From Patescibacteria group bacterium (GTDB taxonomy: Bacteria; Patescibacteriota; Microgenomatia; UBA1400; UBA1449), in assembly GCA_050942955.1 (NCBI GenBank), contig JBMNOG010000007.1:1-62502 (forward strand): a stretch of DNA of 62,502 nucleotides, in the 5' to 3' direction. Position 1 is the stretch's first letter. Each line of letters begins with the position of its first letter. The notes under the pieces are model-generated. The model did not search any database. It was not told where the DNA came from and was given only the letters and a program-made list of their open reading frames with translations. Made by a program: the position numbers and the translations under genes. Of the stretch, positions 55,531-62,502 are shown in pieces.

Positions 55531-57144
55531 TCATATATCAATTTTATTCTCACTAGCTTTTTCAGCAGATATTGGTACAGCTTTATACACAACCATATGA
55601 GGACTAATAGGAATTTCTTCAATAACTTTGTGCGGTAACTGTTGTCTCCACCACTGGTTCCGCAGTTCCTCAAACAACAACTCTTCTTCTTCAAATTTTG
55701 CCGGTTGTTTTTCGACGATAAAAAAAATTAATTCAGGCTTGTGATTTTCTTGCGTTTCAAATCTTGCCAAAAGCTCAGGTTTTTCAGGAATATACGCAAC
55801 TTCCCCAGGTTTATAACTAAACTCCACAGGCAGTGTTTTCCCTCTCCAGGCTTCAATAAAGTATAGGTGCTGATAGGTGTAGTCATAGACCGAAGGCGTG
55901 TAGTGGTATGAGGCAAAAGGTTTGTCCTCGGCTTCTTGCCTAACTACTTCCAAAGCTTTCAGTTTTGCGGGCAGGTAATCGTTGTGCCCTAGAAACCAAT
56001 CTCTTTCATTCAAAAAGTAATTTACTTGGAATGTTAGAGGCGAGAGAATCAGTAAAAGTACTACAAGTCTTTGAAACAGCTTTGGCGAATTTTCTATGAG
56101 TTTACTAACGAGAATAACTGCTGCCGGCAGCATAGGGTATGTGTACCACAAACTAAAGTGCAGAAAAAAATAACCAAAAGTGGGAATGACTATAAACAGC
56201 AAGGCTTCACCAAGTAATGGAAAATCCAGTTTTTTGTGGTTTTTAACGGTATACCAAACTAAAATTGCTAAAAACGCCAGCACTAAAGTGGTGGCAAGTT
56301 TTGGTGCAACTTCACTTGGTAGCCAAATTTCAGGCAAAGAACTGGACGTAAGTTGATCAAAAACTGTCATCACTACCCTACCGATTTTACCGTCTTCACT
56401 TTCATGTACGTTTCCTTGAGTAACGTAAGCAATTACTCCCCTAACTTCAGGAAAGTTATGCTTAATTTCAAACAAAATCTGCGGTATAAGCGGCACGATA
56501 AAGCCCAAAAACACCAATACTAAAACTGACGCCCTCACTTTTATCTTTTGCAAAAAAAGTGCAATCGCAATAATAACCGGATAAAAAATGGCATACGCGG
56601 TTGAGAAGTGAAATCCAAATGAGGCAGTTATTCCCATTAATAATCCCTGTTTTGAGGTAAGTGTTCCAGTCTCTTTGGTTTTTTTAAAAAGAATGAGTAG
56701 TATGAGGGTCAGAAGCGGCATAGGAAAAGGATTCCAGGCACTGACAGCTAGTGACATAAAGGCGTGTGAGGCAGCTATGATCAGCGCAGCAAATTTCCCA
56801 AAATATCGGTAGGCTAAATACACTTCAATTAGGGAAAGTAAGACCATGGCAAACACCGGAAATACAGGATTACCTAGGCCGACTAAGTAAAATGGCGCAA
56901 TAAGGTAGTACCAGCCGGGTCCAAAGAAAAGCCCCTGAAGACTCGCGGCCGGACCGACAAATTTTGGCGAGCAGGTCAGGAGCATATGCAAAACCGCAAT
57001 ACCATCCCGGCCGTGGTCGTACATAAAGGGAATAGTGTTGCCAATAAGGTACGGTATACGGACAAGGAGTGTGAAGGCAAGTATGGTAAGAAGGCAACAG
57101 TCCAACTTGTACGGTAGTAGGGGGTCTATTTTTGTTTTAATCAT
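55531..57144 (-). CDS. GT-C membrane glycosyltransferase (GT39/ArnT-like)
   Basis: F.YDHGRD, GP.....GLFFGPGWYYL..P, WNP, PQILFE, multiple TM helices; typical CPR family. Confidence 0.75.
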   Translation of the reverse strand: MIKTKIDPLLPYKLDCCLLTILAFTLLVRIPYLIGNTIPFMYDHGRDGIAVLHMLLTCSPKFVGPAASLQGLFFGPGWYYLIAPFYLVGLGNPVFPVFAMVLLSLIEVYLAYRYFGKFAALIIAASHAFMSLAVSAWNPFPMPLLTLILLILFKKTKETGTLTSKQGLLMGITASFGFHFSTAYAIFYPVIIAIALFLQKIKVRASVLVLVFLGFIVPLIPQILFEIKHNFPEVRGVIAYVTQGNVHESEDGKIGRVVMTVFDQLTSSSLPEIWLPSEVAPKLATTLVLAFLAILVWYTVKNHKKLDFPLLGEALLFIVIPTFGYFFLHFSLWYTYPMLPAAVILVSKLIENSPKLFQRLVVLLLILSPLTFQVNYFLNERDWFLGHNDYLPAKLKALEVVRQEAEDKPFASYHYTPSVYDYTYQHLYFIEAWRGKTLPVEFSYKPGEVAYIPEKPELLARFETQENHKPELIFFIVEKQPAKFEEEELLFEELRNQWWRQQLPHKVIEEIPISPHMVVYKAVPISAEKASENKIDI

Positions 57145-57277
57145 TTTAAAAGCTTTCCAATCTATTGTAGCTTATTAAAGTGCCGGTGCATAAAACCGAC
57201 ACAAGTAATGAAGCTTTCACTTCTCTTACTTCTTCTTTACGCGCTTCTCACACTAGTTTTGTATATTACCGAGAATT

Positions 57278-58444
57278 ATGAGGAAACTGCTTTCCGGTTT
57301 AGTTATTTTTCTTGCTTCGACTCTATTATTTTCACCTGTTTTCGCCCAGCAAGAAAACCAACAGCCCCAGGATATACTTTTGGAGCCGGAACAAACGCAT
57401 GAAGGCAACTACTTTGCTGCTGCCCCCTCAGTTACTGTATCTGGTGTTGTTAATGGCGATGCATATGTTGCCGGCGGCACCATTATTATCGAAGGCATTA
57501 TCAATGGTGATCTTCTGGCTGCTGGTGGCACAATTTACATCAACGGTACAGTGACTGAAGATGTGCGGATTGCAGCTGGTCAGGTTGTGGTTTCCGGTAG
57601 TGTCGGAGATAGCGTAACCGCAGCAGCCGGAACAGTGGAGGTAACAAACAGTGGCCAAGTTGGCGATGGCATAGTTACAGCTGCCGGCAATGTACGTACG
57701 TTTGGACCTGTTAACCAAGATATAACTGCCGCTGCTGGGCAAATTACTGTTGGTGACTTCGTCGGTGGTGACATTAATACTTATACCGAACAACTAACTC
57801 TGACTCCAAGCGCTGTAGTAAACGGTAATATAGAGTATTGGAGCAAGACAGAAGCAGATATCCAACCTGGCGCACAGGTTTTTGGCACAACTGAAAGAAA
57901 TGAACCTCAGAAAATAGCCAGACCACCACTTACTGAAGAAGTCGGCCGGGCTCTGACTCAGGCCGGTCTGGTTGCCAAACTTATTTCCCTACTCTCCTAT
58001 CTTGTAGTCGGCCTTATTCTTCTGGCACTGTTTCCTGTCTTTACGAGACAAACAGTAAATACCATCTACGAGCAGGCACTACTAAGCCTGGGAATTGGCT
58101 TTTTAACAGTGATTCTTTTCCCAATACTTTTTGTTATTCTACTTATTACCGTTGTTGGCATTCCGATTGCCTTTATCCTCCTGGCTTTATTTCTCATATT
58201 TTGGTATTTGTCAGTAATTTTTGTGTCTTTAGTTATCGGAGCAAAGGTTTTGGGACTACTGCTTGATAGGCACAAGCTCAATGGCTGGACTCTTCTGGTT
58301 GGCTTAATTATCTACGGCCTACTGACACTCATCCCTGTAGTTGGGTGGATCATCATGTTTCTGGCCGGGCTAATCGGGTTAGGGGGACTACTTATAGAAG
58401 AAAGACATTACTATAGCGCTCTTCACTCAGAAGAAGTTATTTAG
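57278..58444 (+). CDS. bactofilin/FapA-like beta-helix repeat protein with C-terminal membrane domain
   Basis: Signal peptide ending VFA, repeated V.G.V.GD...AGG...I.G units, five C-terminal TM helices. Confidence 0.8.
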   Translation: MRKLLSGLVIFLASTLLFSPVFAQQENQQPQDILLEPEQTHEGNYFAAAPSVTVSGVVNGDAYVAGGTIIIEGIINGDLLAAGGTIYINGTVTEDVRIAAGQVVVSGSVGDSVTAAAGTVEVTNSGQVGDGIVTAAGNVRTFGPVNQDITAAAGQITVGDFVGGDINTYTEQLTLTPSAVVNGNIEYWSKTEADIQPGAQVFGTTERNEPQKIARPPLTEEVGRALTQAGLVAKLISLLSYLVVGLILLALFPVFTRQTVNTIYEQALLSLGIGFLTVILFPILFVILLITVVGIPIAFILLALFLIFWYLSVIFVSLVIGAKVLGLLLDRHKLNGWTLLVGLIIYGLLTLIPVVGWIIMFLAGLIGLGGLLIEERHYYSALHSEEVI

Positions 58445-59004
58445 TCAAAAAGATATACATAAACTTTGCCCGATTTTTTCACCCATTTTTTCTCTGGAAA
58501 CTCGTAACGGTTTGAAATAACTATTAATGGGTGAGATGTTTTTGTTTGAATTAGTTTCTGCAACCGCTTCATGTAGCTGGGAAACTGGTAAAGGATAACC
58601 ACAGAAGCTTTACTAAAATCAGCCTTCCAAAAACTTTCAAATTTAACCTGAACCAAATGAGAAAACCCAAGTTTTTCGATGTGTTTTCTTGATTGCCAAA
58701 CTAAAAAGGGATTAATTTCATAGCCAATAGCTTTTGCGCCTTTTTGTGCTGCTGCCACCAGTATCCGTCCATCACCCGAACCCAAATCAACAACTGTGTC
58801 CTTTTCGCTTACATTTGCCAGGTCGATCATGGTCTTAACAGTTCTATCAGATGACGGAAAGTACACCGCACCTCTATGAAAAATCCGAAAGTATAAAACC
58901 CATCCAAGAATAAGCAGAGCCAGCAGAAGAAGGGCAAGAGAAATTAGGATTGAAAACACAATAAAACCATTGTACCAAACCTCCATCTTCAAAACCTTAC
59001 CCAA
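58441..59004 (-). CDS. membrane-anchored class I SAM-dependent methyltransferase
   Basis: GA.YFPS, VVDLGSGDGRI, GYEINP.L, SFWKADFS. Confidence 0.9.
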   Translation of the reverse strand: MGKVLKMEVWYNGFIVFSILISLALLLLALLILGWVLYFRIFHRGAVYFPSSDRTVKTMIDLANVSEKDTVVDLGSGDGRILVAAAQKGAKAIGYEINPFLVWQSRKHIEKLGFSHLVQVKFESFWKADFSKASVVILYQFPSYMKRLQKLIQTKTSHPLIVISNRYEFPEKKWVKKSGKVYVYLFD

Positions 59005-59056
59005 GACTTACAGGAGTCTAAATTTTATCTAACTTCCTCATCGTATTCTGTAAATA

Positions 59057-59578
59057 ATGAAAGGGAAAGAAATGAATCTTAGACAGGTAGTTCTGAAAGT
59101 AATAATTGGCGCATCGCTGCTGCTTTTTACCAATATACCGGCAAAAGCTACAGATAAAAAGCGGGTACACATTGATCTGACTAACCAGAAACTTTACGCC
59201 TATGAGGACAACAACTTGATGTTTGCTTTCACCATTTCAACCGGCAAAACGGCCACCCCTACTCCTATTGGCGGTTTCTGGCCCTGGATTAAGCTAAGAT
59301 ACGACAGAATGCAGGGCGGTAGCTGGGCACGGGGTGATTACTATGATCTGCCAAATGTTCCTTATGTTATTTACTTTTACAATGAAAACTATTCTAAATG
59401 GAAAGGATACGCCATTCATGGTACCTACTGGCATAACAATTTTGGGTACCCCATGTCTCATGGCTGTGTAAACCTCAAAGCTCCTGACATAGCACAACTT
59501 TACCCTTGGATTAGCCTACCAACTGAAACTGAGCGGGGAACTCTCATTATCATTACCGGCCAAACACCGCCAAGCTAA
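59057..59578 (+). CDS. L,D-transpeptidase (YkuD family)
   Basis: IDLTNQKLYAYE, ISTG....TP.G, AIHGTYWH..FG.PMSHGCVNL. Confidence 0.93.
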   Translation: MKGKEMNLRQVVLKVIIGASLLLFTNIPAKATDKKRVHIDLTNQKLYAYEDNNLMFAFTISTGKTATPTPIGGFWPWIKLRYDRMQGGSWARGDYYDLPNVPYVIYFYNENYSKWKGYAIHGTYWHNNFGYPMSHGCVNLKAPDIAQLYPWISLPTETERGTLIIITGQTPPS

Positions 59579-59617
59579 ACTCTTGCTACCGACTCACCCA
59601 CCCTGTACACTCAGAGC

Positions 59618-60348
59618 GTGAAAGCAACTACGCAACAATTCACCTCAATAACCGCAGAAAGAGGGAAAAGATTTAAATGCTCTTGCCAACCCTCAAAAAG
59701 CACAAATTTTTCTCCGTTTTTTTAAAACCGGCAAAGGTGAGTACGGTGAAGGTGATCAGTTTTTAGGACTCACTGTCCCCCAGCAGCGTTCAATTTCTAA
59801 AAAGTTAAAACTCTTGAGCTAAAGGAGGTAGCCAAACTTTTGAAAAGCCCCTTTCATGAACACAGGCTGGTAGCTCTGCTTATTTTAGTTGAGCAGTACC
59901 AAAAAGGTGACGAGACAGCCAAGACAAAGACATATAAGTTTTACCTCACAAACATGCAGTACATAAACAACTGGGATCTGGTGGATTTGTCGGTGTATAA
60001 GATTGTAGGTGACTATCTTTATCATCATTCCCAAAAGCAATTTCTCCTAAACCAGCTGGCTGTATCTTCGAATTTATGGGAGCGGCGCATTGCCATCATT
60101 GCCGCTTTTACATTTATTAAAAACAAAAACCTCACCAAAACTTTTAAAATTGCCAGCATTCTTGTTAATGATTCTCATGATCTTATCCATAAAGCTGTCG
60201 GCTGGATACTGAGAGAAGCCGGAAAGGTCGACCAAAAGGCTGAAGAAAAATTTTGCAAAAGCACTATAAAACTATGCCTAGAACTAGGCTGCGCTACGCC
60301 ATTGAAAAGTTTAATGACCAAAAACAGAAGTACTACCTTGGGAAATAA
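59618..60348 (+). pseudogene. DNA alkylation repair protein (AlkD-like), three frameshifts
   Basis: Fragments [10 protein letters not shown]...[70 protein letters not shown] spread over frames; breaks near 59660, 59805 and 60252. Confidence 0.85.
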
Positions 60349-60351
60349 ATA

Positions 60352-61986
60352 CTAGCGGCTTACTGGAACGGTATTACTGCTTTCCAAACCTGGGTTTTTG
60401 AGCTGGGAAAGATATTGAGGCTTAAGTTCATAAATTTCAGCAAAGGGGTAAGAGTCCACCAGGGAATACTTCTCTTCCCAGCCCGAACCTTCTAAAGTTA
60501 CAAATGTAAGATCAGTTGCATCCTGAGTACGCAACACTATCCAGCGGACCCACCGGTCAGGCGTTTCTGTTGCGCTTTCCCAATATTCCCCTGTTCCCTC
60601 ATGAATAAAGCGCTTCATAGGTAGTCCTGAAGAGAAAATAATGGCATCATGGGAAGCAGCAGAGATAAGAATAAATTCATCCCGGTTTTTGGCATTCTCT
60701 TCTAACCAGCCAGCCACTTCAGTCACGTTTTTCTGGCTGGAACCCACTCTGGCATCATCAATGGTCACTGCATCAAAACTGACAAAAGCCATGGCAGTAG
60801 TAAAAAACAGCAAACCAAGAATCGTCCACCGGACGGCTTTCAGCTTCTCAATTAAATAGCCGATAAAGACAGCAATGGAAGGCATGAGCATGACACCGTA
60901 ACGGATGTTGAACCAAGTATCTCCGGAAATGCCTTGGACAAACAGCACCGAGTGTCCCATGTAAAGCGCTAAGATATTAAAAACCAGAGGTGCAAGCAGA
61001 GCTAAACTTACAATCCTAACTTTTGAAGAGATTTTTTTATCAATATAGAAAATGATACTTCCCAAAAAAGCCAGAAGGGCTGTAAAGGTATTGGAGTTGT
61101 AAAACAAAGCGTACAGATATGTACGGATAGACCTTGTAGCATCCCATTTTGTATCCAACACCCCTGCTACCTCCATGCGCTGCTGCTGGGCATGAGCTGA
61201 AAAAGGGCCAAAAATAAAATATAAGGCATCTTTAAAAATAAGCTGGTTCCACAAGAACCACATCACAATCCCAAACCCGGCTAGAGTTGAGAACAGCGTC
61301 ACCATGCTTAATGATACTTTTAACCCACTCTCCTTCCAAACTTTATAAGCTACCAATACAGCCGCCACCACAAACAGGAACCAGCCGTCATAACGGATTA
61401 AGGTTGAGAGCATAATCCAGAAAGAAGCAGTAATAAGATTGAGTAGTTTGTTATTTTGATACCAGTTAAGCAGCTCATAAACACCGGCAGTCATAGTAGC
61501 GAGAAGCAGTAGTTCGGTCATCGCTGTGGATTGGAGATAGAGAATATTAATGTTAGCAGCAAAGACCAGAACCCCAATAATTTTACCTAACAACCCCACT
61601 CCGATTTTTTCGAGGAACTTGAAAATAAGTATGCCGGTAATAACAAACGCGGCCATCGACTGAATTGAACCAGACAAACCCGAGTGCCACATAAAATCAT
61701 TCCAGATAGTGGGAATCATTAAGATATGCGTTAACGGCAACCATACTGATCCCAGCTGAGCCAAACCCGGTTTTAGCCCTTCAACCACCCTCCTGCCAAT
61801 GTCAAGGTGGGATCTGGCATCGTTATACGCTAAACTTAGACCGGTATGGTGGAAATGGATAAAAGAACCAATAGAAATTACAGATAAAAAGGCAATGATT
61901 AAAAACAGAGCATATTTCTCCAGCCAATTTCTTACTTTACAAAATACTTCTCTGTTAATAAAAAGTTTTACAACAAGTATAGACAT
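60352..61986 (-). CDS. GT-C membrane glycosyltransferase (GT39/PMT-like)
   Basis: YNDARSHL.I.RRV, QLGSVWLPL, NILYLQSTAMTE, RYDGW, multiple TM helices. Confidence 0.8.
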   Translation of the reverse strand: MSILVVKLFINREVFCKVRNWLEKYALFLIIAFLSVISIGSFIHFHHTGLSLAYNDARSHLDIGRRVVEGLKPGLAQLGSVWLPLTHILMIPTIWNDFMWHSGLSGSIQSMAAFVITGILIFKFLEKIGVGLLGKIIGVLVFAANINILYLQSTAMTELLLLATMTAGVYELLNWYQNNKLLNLITASFWIMLSTLIRYDGWFLFVVAAVLVAYKVWKESGLKVSLSMVTLFSTLAGFGIVMWFLWNQLIFKDALYFIFGPFSAHAQQQRMEVAGVLDTKWDATRSIRTYLYALFYNSNTFTALLAFLGSIIFYIDKKISSKVRIVSLALLAPLVFNILALYMGHSVLFVQGISGDTWFNIRYGVMLMPSIAVFIGYLIEKLKAVRWTILGLLFFTTAMAFVSFDAVTIDDARVGSSQKNVTEVAGWLEENAKNRDEFILISAASHDAIIFSSGLPMKRFIHEGTGEYWESATETPDRWVRWIVLRTQDATDLTFVTLEGSGWEEKYSLVDSYPFAEIYELKPQYLSQLKNPGLESSNTVPVSR

Positions 61987-61990
61987 AGTT

Positions 61991-62500
61991 TTATGAACCC
62001 TCCTTTGCTAAGAGGATAAGCAGGATTGCCATCACGCTCGTAATACCGAAAATCAGAGCCAAATAGTAATTCAAGGAAGAAACTTGGTTATGGGCATAAG
62101 CTTGGAATACATATGTTTTTAAAGGGTCAGTTTTCAATGTATCAAAGTTGCGCTCATAGGTGTACTTTTCTTCCTTACCGGACTTAGCCTCTAGGCTTAA
62201 AACCTGAACCTGAGGCGGATTAGAGCTGGTGGTAATGGCTCCAAGCGTATTGACTGCCACAGAATAACCCATAACTAAAAGGAAAATACCGTAAAAAAGA
62301 AAGTGGTGTTTTTGGTGGGATAAAACATATGCAATCAGAATAGAAAACAATGCGTAAGAAGGGATAAGATAGCGGGATCCAAAAGCCCAACCTCCCCAGG
62401 GATCACCCCATAATGAGTACACTAAGACATTTAGGCCGATAATACTAAGAAAAAAGTTTGAAACAGCTGGTTTAACTTTGGCTAGAACAAACAAACCCAT
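61991..62500 (-). CDS. membrane protein, 3' part only (runs off window; glycosyltransferase-associated)
   Basis: W.DPWGGWAFGSRYLIP motif and TM helices; true start lies beyond the window edge. Confidence 0.7.
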   Translation of the reverse strand: MGLFVLAKVKPAVSNFFLSIIGLNVLVYSLWGDPWGGWAFGSRYLIPSYALFSILIAYVLSHQKHHFLFYGIFLLVMGYSVAVNTLGAITTSSNPPQVQVLSLEAKSGKEEKYTYERNFDTLKTDPLKTYVFQAYAHNQVSSLNYYLALIFGITSVMAILLILLAKEGS

Positions 62501-62502
62501 CA

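Overview
This 62.5 kb window looks like chromosome from a Patescibacteria (CPR) bacterium, probably Microgenomates-like. That placement is an inference from the short EF-Ts, the stand-alone VirD4-like ATPase, the tRNA-adjacent HTH/LAGLIDADG-like gene and the surface proteins ending in W-x-EVAP. The genetic code is 11. Core genes are proS, rseP, frr, tsf, rpsB, tmk, nrdJ, topA, dprA, mrdA, mreB, rpmB and rpmG, plus five tRNAs (Thr-TGT, Tyr-GTA, Thr-GGT, Ala-GGC, Trp-CCA) and a probable 6S RNA. Accessory content includes a nucleotide salvage/modification cluster (PRTase, divergent Maf, DUF523/TudS desulfidase, THUMP-less ThiI-like PP-loop enzyme). It also includes an MtrA-like/ThyA/DUF4346 fusion next to a B12-dependent RNR, a 12 kb block of surface-protein genes between mrdA and mreB, and envelope glycosylation genes. 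The strongest novelty candidate is the PP-loop/TudS operon. Its 250 bp leader holds a sigma70 promoter overlapped by a perfect palindrome, a leaderless 37-codon Cys-rich ORF ending Cys-Cys-stop, and three tandem terminator hairpins, which suggests a cysteine/sulfur-sensing attenuator controlling a thio-nucleotide write/erase pair. Other signals are degenerate 7-bp arrays upstream of dNTP-supply genes, duplicated REP-like modules flanking nrdJ, widespread leaderless gene architecture and several homopolymer frameshifts. No CRISPR array, integrase or transposase was seen. All family assignments come from motif recognition by eye; no database searches were run.
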